From Candidatus Nitrotoga sp. CP45 (lineage in GTDB: Bacteria > Pseudomonadota > Gammaproteobacteria > Burkholderiales > Gallionellaceae): a DNA stretch of 64,000 nt. Shown here one piece after another: positions 43,681-57,974 of this stretch. The translations under genes were made by a program, and so were the position numbers. Location of the stretch: NCBI GenBank assembly GCA_945874105.1, contig CAMCFJ010000003.1:74152-138151 (forward strand), given 5' to 3'. Position 1 is the stretch's first letter. Each line of letters starts with the position of its first letter. The notes under the pieces are model-generated. The model saw only the letters and a list, made by a program, of their open reading frames with translations, ran no database searches and was not told the origin of the DNA.

Positions 43681-43786
43681 ATTATTACGAGGTTTTCTGC
43701 GTTCGTATCATTTTGATGTATGATTCGCGCCTTCGTTTAATCAAGCAAATTACCATTTCTGGAATAAACAGATAAAAAGCACAAAA

Positions 43787-45724
43787 ATGGATTTTCCGAA
43801 AAAATTCGATGTAATTGTTGTGGGCGGTGGTCACGCCGGGACAGAGGCTGCGCTTGCCAGTGCGCGTATGGGTTGCTCCACGTTGTTACTCACGCATAAC
43901 ATTGAAACGCTTGGGATAATGTCGTGCAACCCCTCCATTGGCGGCATCGGAAAGGGTCATTTAGTCAAGGAAATAGATGCCTTGGGTGGCGCTATGGCGG
44001 CGGCCGCGGATGAATCAGGCATCCAGTTTCGCATCCTCAATTCCTCCAAAGGTCCAGCAGTGCGCGCTACACGCGCTCAGGCTGATCGGGTGCTATACAA
44101 ACAGGCCATTCGCAAGCAATTAGAAAATGCCCCTAACCTTTGGTTGTTTCAGCAAGCGGTAGATGATTTACTGGTAGAAAATAATAAGGTATGCGGGGTT
44201 TCTACCCAACTGGGCTTGCGTTTTGCTGCAAAAACCGTTGTGCTTACAACCGGGACTTTCCTTTCCGGCCTGATTCACATTGGACAGACTTCTTACCAAG
44301 CAGGACGGGCGGGCGATCCGCCCTCTTTCAGCTTGGCGCAATGTTTGCGCGAACTTGATTTACCCATGGGCCGACTGAAGACTGGCACGCCACCGCGCAT
44401 TGACGGGCGCAGTATTGATTATTCCGTGATGACCGAGCAACCTGGCGATATGCCGGTGCCGGTATTTTCATTCATGGGACGGGTGCAACAGCATCCAAAA
44501 CAATTATCTTGCTGGATTACCCATACTAATCAACGCACGCATGACATTATCCGTAGTGGGTTAGATCGTTCACCGATGTTCACCGGAGTCATCGAGGGTG
44601 TGGGGCCACGCTATTGCCCGTCTATCGAAGACAAGATCACACGCTTTGCCGACAAAGAGTCGCACCAGATTTTTCTGGAACCGGAAGGGTTGACTACTCA
44701 CGAAATATATCCAAACGGGATTTCCACCAGCCTGCCTTTCGATATACAGCTGGCATTAGTGCTTTCCATCAAGGGCTTGGAGAATGCGCATATCACACGC
44801 CCCGGCTATGCAATTGAATATGATTATTTTGATCCGCGCGGTTTGAAGCATTCGTTGGAAACCAAAGCTATCACTGACCTGTTCTTCGCCGGGCAAATTA
44901 ATGGCACCACGGGATACGAGGAAGCGGCCGCCCAAGGTTTGCTGGCGGGTATTAATGCCGCATTGCGTTCGCTTGGCAAGGAAAGTTGGTGCCCGCGTCG
45001 CGATGAGGCCTATCTGGGCGTGTTGGTAGATGACTTGATTACGCGTGGCGTGTCTGAACCATACCGTATGTTTACCAGTCGGGCGGAGTATCGCCTGCAA
45101 CTGCGCGAAGACAATGCAGACCTGCGTTTAACTGAAATCGGTCGCAGTCTGGGTGTGGTAGGTGATGCCCAGTGGGAGGCGTTTGAACTGAAGCGTGATG
45201 CAATTACACGCGAACAAGAACGGCTGAAATCCATTTGGGTTAACCCCAAGCTGTTGCCACAGGAAGATGCGGAACGCGTGCTGGGCAAAGGGATAGAGCG
45301 CGAATATGCGCTGCATGAACTTTTGCGCCGTCCCGATGTGAGCTATGCCAGCCTCATGACTTTGCCTGGGGCGGGTGAACCGGTGGCCGATGAAAAAGTG
45401 GCAGAACAGGTGGAAATTCAAGCCAAATATCACGGCTACATTGAGCGGCAGCGCGACGAGATAGCGCGCAATGAGCACAATGAAAACACGCGTTTACCTG
45501 GCGTAATGGATTATCGTACAGTGATCGGCCTGTCAATTGAGGTACAACAAAAACTTAATCAACATATGCCAGAGACAGTAGGAGAAGCGGCACGTATTTC
45601 CGGGATAACACCGGCGGCAGTCTCCCTGTTATTAGTACATCTGAAACGCGGTTTTCGGAGTGTTGCAATGGCGCCAGAAGTAAAAGAACCACCCGAAGGC
45701 GAGAAAGTGCAGAAAAGCGCGTGA
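43787..45724 (+). CDS. mnmG: tRNA uridine 5-carboxymethylaminomethyl modification enzyme MnmG (GidA)
   Basis: [19 protein letters not shown] motif. 645 aa. Confidence 0.93.
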   Translation: MDFPKKFDVIVVGGGHAGTEAALASARMGCSTLLLTHNIETLGIMSCNPSIGGIGKGHLVKEIDALGGAMAAAADESGIQFRILNSSKGPAVRATRAQADRVLYKQAIRKQLENAPNLWLFQQAVDDLLVENNKVCGVSTQLGLRFAAKTVVLTTGTFLSGLIHIGQTSYQAGRAGDPPSFSLAQCLRELDLPMGRLKTGTPPRIDGRSIDYSVMTEQPGDMPVPVFSFMGRVQQHPKQLSCWITHTNQRTHDIIRSGLDRSPMFTGVIEGVGPRYCPSIEDKITRFADKESHQIFLEPEGLTTHEIYPNGISTSLPFDIQLALVLSIKGLENAHITRPGYAIEYDYFDPRGLKHSLETKAITDLFFAGQINGTTGYEEAAAQGLLAGINAALRSLGKESWCPRRDEAYLGVLVDDLITRGVSEPYRMFTSRAEYRLQLREDNADLRLTEIGRSLGVVGDAQWEAFELKRDAITREQERLKSIWVNPKLLPQEDAERVLGKGIEREYALHELLRRPDVSYASLMTLPGAGEPVADEKVAEQVEIQAKYHGYIERQRDEIARNEHNENTRLPGVMDYRTVIGLSIEVQQKLNQHMPETVGEAARISGITPAAVSLLLVHLKRGFRSVAMAPEVKEPPEGEKVQKSA

Positions 45725-46341
45725 ATCAGGCTAACGATCTGGCGCTTGGTATCACGCAACTGGGGCTGGATGTCACGCCAGAAGTGCAGTACAAGCTGTT
45801 GACTTACCTTGAATTATTGCAAAAATGGAACCGGGTTTATAACTTGACGGCAATTCGTCAACCGGAGCAGATGGTAATGAGTCATTTACTCGACAGCCTT
45901 GCCGTGTTGCCGCATTTATGGCCCGGTCGTTGGCTGGACGTGGGTTGCGGTGCCGGTCTGCCCGGTTTGATACTGGCGCTAATGCGTCCGGAATGGACAT
46001 TCGTCCTTCTGGATAGCAACAGCAAGAAAACCAGTTTTGTGCAGCAAGCGAAAATTGAACTGGAATTGCGCAACGTAAGCATTTGCTGCACACGTGTGGA
46101 AGGCTGGCAGACGGAGGAGAAATTCGATGGCATCATTTCCCGAGCTTTCGCCGAGACTGCTAAATTTGTTATGCTAACGCGTCATTTGCTGAAGCAAGAA
46201 GGGAGCTGGGTCGCCATGAAGGGCGTTTCGCAGCAGGAGTTGGAACGGTTGCCGAGCGATGTCAGCGTGGAGCGGGTTATTCCTCTGCAGGTGCCGGGGC
46301 TAGCCGCCGCACGCTGTCTGATTATGTTGAAATTCACTTGA
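45721..46341 (+). CDS. rsmG: 16S rRNA (guanine527-N7)-methyltransferase RsmG (GidB)
   Basis: 206 aa with the SAM motif [11 protein letters not shown]. It follows mnmG. Confidence 0.9.
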   Translation: MNQANDLALGITQLGLDVTPEVQYKLLTYLELLQKWNRVYNLTAIRQPEQMVMSHLLDSLAVLPHLWPGRWLDVGCGAGLPGLILALMRPEWTFVLLDSNSKKTSFVQQAKIELELRNVSICCTRVEGWQTEEKFDGIISRAFAETAKFVMLTRHLLKQEGSWVAMKGVSQQELERLPSDVSVERVIPLQVPGLAAARCLIMLKFT

Positions 46342-46343
46342 AT

Positions 46344-47123
46344 ATGGCCAAGATACTAGCGATTACCAATCAAAAAGGGGGGGTGGGTAAAACCACCACA
46401 ACCATTAATCTGGCTGCAAGTCTGGCAGCCGCAAAGCAGCGTGTATTGCTGATTGATCTTGACCCTCAAGGCAATGCCACTATGGGCAGCGGTATTAACA
46501 AGCGTGATTTGTCGGCAACCATTTACCACGTGTTGTTGGGAAGCAAAACCCTGCAGGAAGTTCGTCTTCATTCGGAAGCCGGAAAGTATGACGTGCTACC
46601 GGCAAGCCGTGATCTGGCCGGCGCCGAAATTGAACTAGTTGATTTACCACAGCGAGAAACCCGGCTTAAGCAAGCTCTGCAAACCGTGACAGCTGAATAT
46701 GATTATGCATTGATAGACTGTCCTCCCGCTTTAAATCTGCTTACCCTCAACGGGTTGTGTGCCGCAAGGTCAGTCATGATTCCGGTGCAATGCGAGTATT
46801 ATGCCTTGGAAGGGCTAAGCGACTTGGTCAATACCATCCGAAAGGTGCGGGCAAACCTTAATCCGGATCTTGAAATCGAGGGTTTGCTGCGCACCATGTT
46901 CGATCCACGTAATACATTGGCTTTACAGGTATCGGAACAATTGCAACAACACTTTGGCGAGAAAGTTTATCGTACTATCATCCCGCGTAATGTGCGGTTG
47001 GCGGAAGCGCCTAGCTACGGCGTGCCGGTACTTCACCACGACAAATCTTCAAAAGGCGCTCAGGCCTACCTGGCTCTGGCAGGCGAATTGCTCAATAAGG
47101 CGGCACAATCAGCACAGGCTTAA
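46344..47123 (+). CDS. parA: chromosome partitioning ATPase ParA (Soj)
   Basis: Begins MAKILAITNQKGGVGKTTT with the deviant Walker A. The track ORF starts two codons earlier at TTG 46338. Confidence 0.9.
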   Translation: MAKILAITNQKGGVGKTTTTINLAASLAAAKQRVLLIDLDPQGNATMGSGINKRDLSATIYHVLLGSKTLQEVRLHSEAGKYDVLPASRDLAGAEIELVDLPQRETRLKQALQTVTAEYDYALIDCPPALNLLTLNGLCAARSVMIPVQCEYYALEGLSDLVNTIRKVRANLNPDLEIEGLLRTMFDPRNTLALQVSEQLQQHFGEKVYRTIIPRNVRLAEAPSYGVPVLHHDKSSKGAQAYLALAGELLNKAAQSAQA

Positions 47124-47139
47124 TCTGGAAGGAATTGAC

Positions 47140-47982
47140 TTGGCAAAACCAAACAAAGGATTGGGGCGCGGCTTGGACGTTTTGTTGTCCGGCAACGGCA
47201 AAGAGCAGGGAGACGTATTAAGTGAGATGAAGATTGAGGATCTCATACCCGGCAAATATCAGCCGCGCAGCCATATGGATGAAGCCTCACTCAATGAACT
47301 GGCCGCTTCGATCAAAGTGCAGGGCGTTATGCAGCCGATCCTGGCGCGACTGTTACCCAATGGTAGCCACGAGATTATTGCCGGGGAACGCCGCTGGCGC
47401 GCCGCTCAGCTGGCCGGTCTGATCCAGGTGCCGGTATTGGTGCGCAAGGTGGCGGACAACGCCGCACTGGCCATGGCGTTGATCGAGAACATTCAACGTG
47501 AGGATCTCAATCCATTGGAAGAAGCGGTCGGCATTCAGCGCCTGATTGATGAATTCAAGATGACACACATGGCGGCCGCCGATGCGGTGGGGCGTTCGCG
47601 CAGCGGGACCAGCAATCTGTTGCGACTGCTCAAGCTGCCCCAGTTAGTACAGGGCATGTTGACCGGGGGCGGCCTCGATATGGGCCACGCCCGGGCGCTA
47701 CTGGCGCTGGACGCCGCACGGCAGATCACTGCCGCCACCAAAATTGTGGCGGACGGGCTGTCAGTGCGCGAAGCAGAAAAACTGGTGCAGGATTTGCTGA
47801 GCCCCGTACTGCAACACAAAAAGGTCAAACCCAGCCGCGATATCCTGCAATTGCAAGAAGATATTGCCCAGCATCTCGGCACCAACGTACAAATCAAGGC
47901 CGGCAAAAAAGGCACGGGCAAACTGGTTATCAGCTACACCAGTCATGATCATTTAGCTGAGCTGATCGCACGCTGGAAATAA
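47140..47982 (+). CDS. parB: chromosome partitioning protein ParB (Spo0J)
   Basis: GLGRGLD N-terminal box, IENIQREDLNP ParB box and an HTH region. I chose the start at TTG 47140 (GGAAGGA 5 nt upstream). The first 90 codons of the track ORF from 46870 overlap parA out of frame and are not credible. Confidence 0.88.
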   Translation: MAKPNKGLGRGLDVLLSGNGKEQGDVLSEMKIEDLIPGKYQPRSHMDEASLNELAASIKVQGVMQPILARLLPNGSHEIIAGERRWRAAQLAGLIQVPVLVRKVADNAALAMALIENIQREDLNPLEEAVGIQRLIDEFKMTHMAAADAVGRSRSGTSNLLRLLKLPQLVQGMLTGGGLDMGHARALLALDAARQITAATKIVADGLSVREAEKLVQDLLSPVLQHKKVKPSRDILQLQEDIAQHLGTNVQIKAGKKGTGKLVISYTSHDHLAELIARWK

Positions 47983-48059
47983 CTCCCTGAAAATAAATCG
48001 TTGACGCCAGCAAGCGAGATTGAGTAGAATGCCGGGCTTCGAAGAATTTAGGGGCGCTT

Positions 48060-49276
<1,217 letters not shown>

Positions 49277-49309
49277 AAAATTATTTTCTTAAACACTTAC
49301 TTTTACTAA

Positions 49310-49567
<258 letters not shown>

Positions 49568-49605
49568 GCCTGCGTGCGTGCGTTTAATCAAGGAAAGGTT
49601 TTTGC

Positions 49606-50076
49606 ATGAACATTAATGCGACCCTTATCGGCCAAACGATCATGTTTGCATTGTTCGTATGGTTTTGCATGAAGTTTGTGTGGCCACCCATTATGGCAGC
49701 GCTGGATGCTCGCAGTAAGCGGATTGCAGATGGCTTGGCTGCGGCGGAGCGAGGCAAGAATGACTTGGCGTTGGCTGCCAAGCGCTCCACTGAACTTCTC
49801 CGCGAGGCAAAGGAAAAAGTAGCTGAGGTCATTGCGCTAGGTGACAAGCGAGCGAGCGAAATAGTCGAAGAAGCAAAAGCACAAGCCAAAATCGAAGGTG
49901 AGCGCATAGTTACGGCGGCCAAGGCTGAAATTGAGCAGGAGATATTCCGCGCCAAAGAGCAATTGCGTACACAGGTGTCCGCTATTGCATTGGCTGGTGC
50001 AGGCAAAATTCTGGGCCGTGAAATTGACGCCAAGGCACATAACGACTTGCTTGATAAGCTAGTCGCGGAAATTTAA
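49606..50076 (+). CDS. atpF: F0F1 ATP synthase subunit b
   Basis: 156 aa with an N-terminal TM helix followed by a long charged helix. Confidence 0.9.
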   Translation: MNINATLIGQTIMFALFVWFCMKFVWPPIMAALDARSKRIADGLAAAERGKNDLALAAKRSTELLREAKEKVAEVIALGDKRASEIVEEAKAQAKIEGERIVTAAKAEIEQEIFRAKEQLRTQVSAIALAGAGKILGREIDAKAHNDLLDKLVAEI

Positions 50077-50081
50077 ATATC

Positions 50082-50615
50082 ATGGCTGAAGCTATAACTG
50101 TCGCACGCCCCTATGCTCAAGCTGCATTCGATGAAGCACGCGAGCTTGGCGAATTGAAGAGTTGGTCGGACATACTGCAATCTGTAGCTCAAGCAGTTAT
50201 TAACCCGGAAGTTCGTGCAATTATTACCAGCCCGCGCATAATCAAAAGCCAGCTAGTCGAGTTGATGCTGGCACTTTCCGGCGACAAGGCAAGCGAAATA
50301 CAACGTAACTTTATCAAGTTGCTGATAGAAGGCCAGCGCCTCATTTTGTTGCCTGAAATCGTAATGCTGTTCGAGATAATGCGCGCTGAGGCAGAAAAAA
50401 ATGTGGACGTTGTGGTGACTTCCGCCTTCGATTTAAGCGACGCGCAAAAGCAAAAAATTGCTGAAGCGCTACAAAAGCGCATGGGCCGTGAGATCAGGCT
50501 TAGCTGTGAAACTGACCGCAAATTATTAGGCGGAGTAATTATCCGCGCCGGTGACAAGGTGATAGATGGTTCTGCGCGCACACACCTTTCCGAGTTGGCC
50601 AACGCCTTGGCTTGA
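50082..50615 (+). CDS. atpH: F0F1 ATP synthase subunit delta
   Basis: 177 aa beginning ITVARPYAQAAF. Supported by operon position. Confidence 0.9.
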   Translation: MAEAITVARPYAQAAFDEARELGELKSWSDILQSVAQAVINPEVRAIITSPRIIKSQLVELMLALSGDKASEIQRNFIKLLIEGQRLILLPEIVMLFEIMRAEAEKNVDVVVTSAFDLSDAQKQKIAEALQKRMGREIRLSCETDRKLLGGVIIRAGDKVIDGSARTHLSELANALA

Positions 50616-50646
50616 TGACAGATATATTGAAATTAAGGAAAAGTAG

Positions 50647-52188
50647 ATGAAGCTCAACCCTTCTGAAATTAGTAATTTGATTCGTAGCCGCATCGAGAAT
50701 TTCGAGGCATTATCCCAAGCGCGCACGGAAGGTACGGTGGTTAGCGTAACCGATGGTATCGTACGTATTCACGGCCTATCCGACGTGATGCAGGGCGAAA
50801 TGCTGGAGTTTCCCGGCAACACCTTCGGTCTGGCTCTCAATCTGGAGCGCGACTCCGTTGGCTCAGTGGTACTGGGTGACTATGAGCATATTACTGAGGG
50901 TGACACTGTCAAGTGCACTGGCCGCATTCTGGAAGTGCCTGTCGGCCCTGAACTGATCGGTCGCGTAGTGAATGCCCTCGGGCAACCCATTGACGGCAAG
51001 GGTCCGATCAACGCCAAGATGACCGATAAGATAGAGAAGGTTGCGCCTGGTGTAATTGACCGCAAGTCGGTGTCACAACCCGTGCAGACCGGCCTCAAGG
51101 CCATTGACTCAATGGTTCCGGTTGGTCGCGGACAGCGCGAGCTGATCATTGGTGATCGCCAGACCGGAAAGACTGCCGTAGCGATAGATGCCATCATCAA
51201 CCAGAAGGGTCAGAATATGACCTGTATCTACGTTGCGATCGGCCAAAAGGCTTCTACTGTCGCCAACGTAGTGCGCAAGCTGGAAGAACACGGCGCGATG
51301 GAATACACCATTGTGGTTGTGGCAACCGCCTCTGATTCTGCGGCGATGCAATTTCTGGCACCATACGCCGGCTGCACAATGGGCGAGTACTATCGCGATC
51401 GCGGCCAAGATGCGCTAATTGTTTATGACGACTTAACCAAACAAGCTTGGGCTTATCGCCAGATATCATTGCTATTGCGCCGACCACCGGGACGTGAAGC
51501 CTACCCTGGTGACGTGTTCTACTTGCACTCCCGTTTGCTGGAGCGCAGTGCACGAGTGAATGAAGAATATGTTGAAAAGTTTACCAATGGCGAGGTCAAA
51601 GGCAAGACTGGCTCGCTAACCGCGCTGCCAGTAATCGAAACTGCTGCAGGCGACGTGTCCGCTTTTGTGCCCACCAACGTAATTTCAATTACCGATGGTC
51701 AGATTTTCTTGGAAACGGATTTATTCAACGCGGGTATTCGTCCTGCGATTAACGCAGGCATTTCAGTGTCTCGCGTGGGCGGCGCGGCGCAGACCAAAGT
51801 CATTAAAAAACTAGGTGGCGGCGTTCGTTTGGCATTGGCACAGTACCGTGAATTGGCCGCATTCGCACAATTCGCTTCTGATTTGGACGAAGCCACTCGC
51901 AAACAACTGGAACGTGGCCGTCTGGTAATGGAATTGATGAAGCAGCCGCAATATGCTCCATTATCCGTAGCAGAAATGGCAATAACGCTGTTCGCGATCA
52001 ACAAGGGCTCCTTCGATGATGTGCCGATGAACAAGGTACTGGCATTCGAAATCGGGCTGCACACGTTCGTGAAATCCCAATATAAGGCCTTAGATGAGGC
52101 CATCGAATCCAGTAAAGATTTGTCTGCCGACAACGAAAAAATCTTGATTGCCGCCATTGAAAAATTCAAGTCCACTGCAGTTTACTAA
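50647..52188 (+). CDS. atpA: F0F1 ATP synthase subunit alpha
   Basis: GDRQTGKT Walker A. 513 aa. Confidence 0.95.
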   Translation: MKLNPSEISNLIRSRIENFEALSQARTEGTVVSVTDGIVRIHGLSDVMQGEMLEFPGNTFGLALNLERDSVGSVVLGDYEHITEGDTVKCTGRILEVPVGPELIGRVVNALGQPIDGKGPINAKMTDKIEKVAPGVIDRKSVSQPVQTGLKAIDSMVPVGRGQRELIIGDRQTGKTAVAIDAIINQKGQNMTCIYVAIGQKASTVANVVRKLEEHGAMEYTIVVVATASDSAAMQFLAPYAGCTMGEYYRDRGQDALIVYDDLTKQAWAYRQISLLLRRPPGREAYPGDVFYLHSRLLERSARVNEEYVEKFTNGEVKGKTGSLTALPVIETAAGDVSAFVPTNVISITDGQIFLETDLFNAGIRPAINAGISVSRVGGAAQTKVIKKLGGGVRLALAQYRELAAFAQFASDLDEATRKQLERGRLVMELMKQPQYAPLSVAEMAITLFAINKGSFDDVPMNKVLAFEIGLHTFVKSQYKALDEAIESSKDLSADNEKILIAAIEKFKSTAVY

Positions 52189-52203
52189 GCTGGGGACAAG
52201 ATA

Positions 52204-53073
52204 ATGGCTGGCAGCAAAGAAATACGAACCAAAATCAAGAGCGTTGAAAATACGCGCAAGATCACGCGGGCCATGGAAATGGTGGCGGCTTCCAAGATGC
52301 GTAAGGCTCAGGAACGTATGCGTGCCGCTCGCCCTTATGCGGAAAAAATTCGTCAGGTTGCAGCGCATTTGTCGCGCGCCAATCCGGAATATAAGCATCC
52401 ATTTCTGGTCAAACGCGATGCCATCAAAAATGTCGGTGTGATTATTATCACATCTGACAAAGGATTATGCGGTGGTCTCAATACCAACATCCTGCGTCTG
52501 GTGGTGGCGCGGATGAAGGAATTGGAAGGCGAAAACAAAGGCATCAGCATCTGCGCTATTGGTAATAAAGGATTTAGCTTTATGTCCCGTATCGGTGCGA
52601 AAGTGAAATCGCATATGATCGGACTGGGTGACATTCCGCACATCGAGAAACTAATTGGAGCGGTCAAGGTTATGCTGGATGCTTACAATGCCGGCGAGAT
52701 TGATGCAATTTACCTTAGTTATAACGGCTTCGTTAACACCATGAAGCAAGAGCCCAGAATGGAGCAATTACTGCCGCTCTCGAGTGAAAATCTGGAACCT
52801 GCGAATGGCAGTACATGGGATTACATTTATGAACCTGATGCCAAGGTCGTAGTGGATGAATTGCTGGTACGCTATATTGAATCATTGGTTTATAACGCGG
52901 TAACCGAAAATCAGGCGTCCGAACAGAGTGCACGCATGGTGGCAATGAAGGCTGCATCCGATAATGCGAAGGAAGTAATAGGCGAACTTAAGCTAATTTA
53001 CAATAAAGCGCGTCAAGCAGCGATTACCAAGGAAATATCAGAAATTGTAGGTGGCGCAGCAGCTGTAAGTTAA
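52204..53073 (+). CDS. atpG: F0F1 ATP synthase subunit gamma
   Basis: Begins [36 protein letters not shown] and has the [13 protein letters not shown]-terminus. Confidence 0.93.
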   Translation: MAGSKEIRTKIKSVENTRKITRAMEMVAASKMRKAQERMRAARPYAEKIRQVAAHLSRANPEYKHPFLVKRDAIKNVGVIIITSDKGLCGGLNTNILRLVVARMKELEGENKGISICAIGNKGFSFMSRIGAKVKSHMIGLGDIPHIEKLIGAVKVMLDAYNAGEIDAIYLSYNGFVNTMKQEPRMEQLLPLSSENLEPANGSTWDYIYEPDAKVVVDELLVRYIESLVYNAVTENQASEQSARMVAMKAASDNAKEVIGELKLIYNKARQAAITKEISEIVGGAAAVS

Positions 53074-53163
53074 TGCACGCAATTGGCTGGGTCTTTATTC
53101 TGTGCAAATAATTAACGGTATATGTAAATTTGTTGAGCAAAATCATATCGCGATAGAATTTGA

Positions 53164-54648
<1,485 letters not shown>

Positions 54649-54698
54649 TAAGATTTAATGCTTTAATTGAGCCAAGTGTCGTAGTAATAAGGAAATTT

Positions 54699-55127
54699 AT
54701 GGCAATGACTGTTCATGTTGACGTGGTGAGCGCAGAAGCGTCCATTTTCTCTGGCCTTGTAGAAATGGTCGTCGTTCCGGGTGAAATGGGTGAACTAGGG
54801 ATTTACCCACGTCATGCACCACTACTAACGCGCATTAAACCGGGTTCGGTACGCCTCAAACTGCCGGATCAAAACGAATTTGTGCTGATTTACGTTTCTG
54901 GTGGAATGCTGGAAGTTCAGCCCAGCGTAGTTACGATATTAGCTGATACCGCCATTCGCGGTGCAGACTTGGATGAAGTGCGCTCACTCGAAGCTAAGCG
55001 CGCGGCGGAAGAAGCAATGAAAAACCGTGTTTCTGATATTGACTACGCTACCGCGCAAGCTGAGCTATCTGAAGCGCTTGCCCAGTTGCAAGCAATTGAG
55101 AAGATGCGCAAGCAACAACCACACTAA
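54699..55127 (+). CDS. atpC: F0F1 ATP synthase subunit epsilon
   Basis: 142 aa, the last gene of the operon. Confidence 0.9.
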   Translation: MAMTVHVDVVSAEASIFSGLVEMVVVPGEMGELGIYPRHAPLLTRIKPGSVRLKLPDQNEFVLIYVSGGMLEVQPSVVTILADTAIRGADLDEVRSLEAKRAAEEAMKNRVSDIDYATAQAELSEALAQLQAIEKMRKQQPH

Positions 55128-55155
55128 GTCTATTGGATTATTGTGATTTGCAATG

Positions 55156-55178
55156 AAAGCGGCTTAGGCCGTTTTTTT
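55156..55178 (+). terminator. rho-independent terminator after the atp operon
   Basis: AAAGCGGCTTAGGCCGTTTTTTT: a CGGC/GCCG stem extended by A-U pairs, then T7. Confidence 0.6.
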
Positions 55179-55216
55179 GTTTATACTTCTTAATCAAATT
55201 TTAAATCGCATATACC

Positions 55217-56590
55217 ATGAATACGCTCAATATCGTTATTCTTGCTGCTGGCAGGGGACAGCGCATGCATTCAAATAAGCCAAAGGTGCTGCATTCCTTG
55301 GCTGGTCGTCCATTGTTGCAACATGTACTCGATACCGCTGCCCAATTTGCTACCGGCATAAGCTGCGTGGTGTATGGCCATGGAGGCGAAGCGGTGCCGC
55401 AGGCGATGGCAAAGTATGGGGCTAATTTTATTTTGCAAGAACCGCAGCTCGGAACTGGTCATGCGGTACAGCAAGCACTTCCACACTTGATTGATGACGC
55501 GCTTACGCTGGTGCTGTATGCCGACGTGCCACTTATTCAGCCTGGAACATTGGAAAAAATGTTGCTTGCTCGGCAAGCACTCACCCTGCTCACCATTCAT
55601 CTTGACAACCCCGCCGGCTACGGACGTATCGTGCGCGATAGCGCAGGCAACGTAAACTGCATAGTAGAGGAAAAGGATGCAACTGCCGAGCAGCGCGCCA
55701 TACGCGAAGTAAATACAGGCATCCTTGCCGTTCCCACCCATTTGCTACGTAACTGGCTGTCGAAATTGCGCAATGAAAATGCACAAGGTGAGTACTACCT
55801 GACTGACATAGTCGGCATGGCCGTGGCGCAGGGGGTTGAAGTGCATACGGTACAACCTGCTCATGCGTGGGAGGTGGCAGGGGTCAACAGCAAAGTACAA
55901 CTGGCCGAACTGGAACGACTCTGGCAACTTGAAGAAGCACACCAGTTATTGGTGAAGGGGGTTACCTTGGCTGATCCTGCACGCCTCGATGTGCGCGGCA
56001 AACTGGTATGCGGGCGTGATGTTGAAATTGATGTTGGCTGCATCTTCGAAGGCGATGTTTCCCTAGGAAATGGCGTGCGCGTAGGCGCTTACAGCGTTAT
56101 AAAAAACACTCGCATTGGCACCCATACTTACATCGAACCATTCAGCCATATTGATCAAGTGAATATCGGCGACAGCTGCCGTATAGGTCCGTATGCCCGC
56201 CTACGACCCGGCAGCAAATTACATAACGAGGTGCACATTGGAAACTTTGTCGAGGTGAAAAACAGTGAAATTGCCGCCAGTAGCAAGGCTAACCACTTAA
56301 GCTATATTGGCGACAGCAGCATCGGTAGCCGCGTCAACATAGGCGCAGGCACAATCACCTGCAATTATGATGGCGCAAACAAACATCGCACTATCATCGA
56401 GGATGATGTTTTTATCGGCTCAAATACGCAACTGGTCGCGCCAGTAAAAATCGGACGCGGTGCCACCATAGGCGCGGGCTCCACCATTACCCGCGATGCA
56501 CCGGAAGGTGAGTTAACCCTGTCACGTGCCAAACAAATTACTGTGCCGGGATGGCAGAGGCCAAGCAAGAAAAATAATATACCTTCATAG
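55217..56590 (+). CDS. glmU: bifunctional UDP-N-acetylglucosamine pyrophosphorylase / glucosamine-1-phosphate N-acetyltransferase
   Basis: N-terminal [19 protein letters not shown] motif and C-terminal left-handed beta-helix hexapeptide repeats. Confidence 0.92.
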   Translation: MNTLNIVILAAGRGQRMHSNKPKVLHSLAGRPLLQHVLDTAAQFATGISCVVYGHGGEAVPQAMAKYGANFILQEPQLGTGHAVQQALPHLIDDALTLVLYADVPLIQPGTLEKMLLARQALTLLTIHLDNPAGYGRIVRDSAGNVNCIVEEKDATAEQRAIREVNTGILAVPTHLLRNWLSKLRNENAQGEYYLTDIVGMAVAQGVEVHTVQPAHAWEVAGVNSKVQLAELERLWQLEEAHQLLVKGVTLADPARLDVRGKLVCGRDVEIDVGCIFEGDVSLGNGVRVGAYSVIKNTRIGTHTYIEPFSHIDQVNIGDSCRIGPYARLRPGSKLHNEVHIGNFVEVKNSEIAASSKANHLSYIGDSSIGSRVNIGAGTITCNYDGANKHRTIIEDDVFIGSNTQLVAPVKIGRGATIGAGSTITRDAPEGELTLSRAKQITVPGWQRPSKKNNIPS

Positions 56591-56624
56591 ATTTCGCCAT
56601 ACTTACAATGTTAATCTTCAGCGA

Positions 56625-57974
56625 TTATTTTCCGATACAAAACCGGCTGAATATTTCACCGAGCAGATCATCCGCACTAAACTCACCCGTAATAGAATTT
56701 AGTCCTTCTTGAGCAAGTCGCAGCTCTTCCGCGCAAAGCTCTGGACGTTTTATTTCCTCTGCAGCACGCAGCAAATGGTCTCGCGCATCCAATAATGCAT
56801 GAATATGGCGTTCACGTGCCATAAATATGCCTGATTCTTGGTGCCAGCCAAGCAGAGACAGCAATTTATTACGCAGGAATTCTAGCCCCTCGCCTGTTTT
56901 GGCAGATAGATAAATGTGGCATTCGCCATTATGCTCATCTATATATGCATGCTGAGCAAGCAAATCAACTTTATTAAAGACATGTAATCGCGGAATTTCA
57001 AGTGGTAATTCGTCTAAAATTTTCTGGTCACTTTCAGTCATGCCGTGACTGGCATCCAACAGAACCAGGATGGCATCAGCTTTTTTTAGCGCTCCATATG
57101 TTCGTGCTATCCCCATTTGCTCCACGGCATCACCTGCCTCTCGTAATCCAGCCGTATCAATAATATGCAACGGCACACCACTGATCTGAATAGATTGGCT
57201 AATAAGGTCGCGCGTGGTGCCCGGGAACTCACTCACTAAAGCGATATCCTCCCCGCTCAATCGATTGAGTAGACTTGACTTGCCGACGTTAGGCTGGCCG
57301 ACCAGCACAATATGCGCACCTTCTCGCAACAGGCTTCCCTGTTGTGCCAAACTTAAAATCTTTTCTAATTCTGCACGTAACGTGACTAGCTGTGTATCAC
57401 GTTGCGTGACATCTGGAGAATCAAGCTCTTCTTCCGGAAAATCCAACATGGCTTCGACCAACATGCGTAACGAAATCAATCCGTCCACTAAGCGATGGAT
57501 AGCCTGGGAAAATTCGCCTTGTAGCGAGCGCATGGCACTGCGCGCAGCCTGACTGGTGGTCGCAGCTATCAAGTCGGCTACGCTTTCTGCTTGCGCCAAA
57601 TCAAGTTTTTCATTAAGGAATGCGCGCTGCGTAAACTCGCCCGGCTGAGCGAGGCGAGCACCAATTTCAAGACAGCGTTGCAACACCAACTGCAGTATGG
57701 CTGTGCCGCCATGCCCCTGCAATTCTAAAATGTCCTCGCCAGTGTAAGAATGTGGGGCGGGGAAGAACAGAGCGATACCCTGATCCATAACCTGCCCTTG
57801 TGCATCCAGAAAAGAAGCGTAAGTCGCGCGCCGCGGCTCGGGTACTTTCCCTAACAGGGTTTGTGCCAATAGGCTAAGGTCATGCCCGGAGAGCCTGACC
57901 ACGCCAATTCCACCTTGTCCATGAGGAGTAGCGATTGCGGCAATAACATCAGGCTTTAGTAGCGCCTTTGACAT
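56625..57974 (-). CDS. mnmE: tRNA modification GTPase MnmE (TrmE)
   Basis: GQPNVGKSS G1 motif, DTAGLR G3 motif and the C-terminal FCIGK tetrapeptide. I chose the start at ATG 57974. The ORF is open to 58013. Confidence 0.92.
   Translation of the reverse strand: MSKALLKPDVIAAIATPHGQGGIGVVRLSGHDLSLLAQTLLGKVPEPRRATYASFLDAQGQVMDQGIALFFPAPHSYTGEDILELQGHGGTAILQLVLQRCLEIGARLAQPGEFTQRAFLNEKLDLAQAESVADLIAATTSQAARSAMRSLQGEFSQAIHRLVDGLISLRMLVEAMLDFPEEELDSPDVTQRDTQLVTLRAELEKILSLAQQGSLLREGAHIVLVGQPNVGKSSLLNRLSGEDIALVSEFPGTTRDLISQSIQISGVPLHIIDTAGLREAGDAVEQMGIARTYGALKKADAILVLLDASHGMTESDQKILDELPLEIPRLHVFNKVDLLAQHAYIDEHNGECHIYLSAKTGEGLEFLRNKLLSLLGWHQESGIFMARERHIHALLDARDHLLRAAEEIKRPELCAEELRLAQEGLNSITGEFSADDLLGEIFSRFCIGK

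Noticed and set aside
46870-47139. N-terminal 90 codons of the 370-aa track ORF that ends as ParB.
   Set aside because: This part overlaps the 3' end of parA in another frame and has no ParB similarity. The conserved ParB N-terminus (KGLGRGLD) begins right after TTG 47140, which has a GGAAGGA ribosome-binding site.
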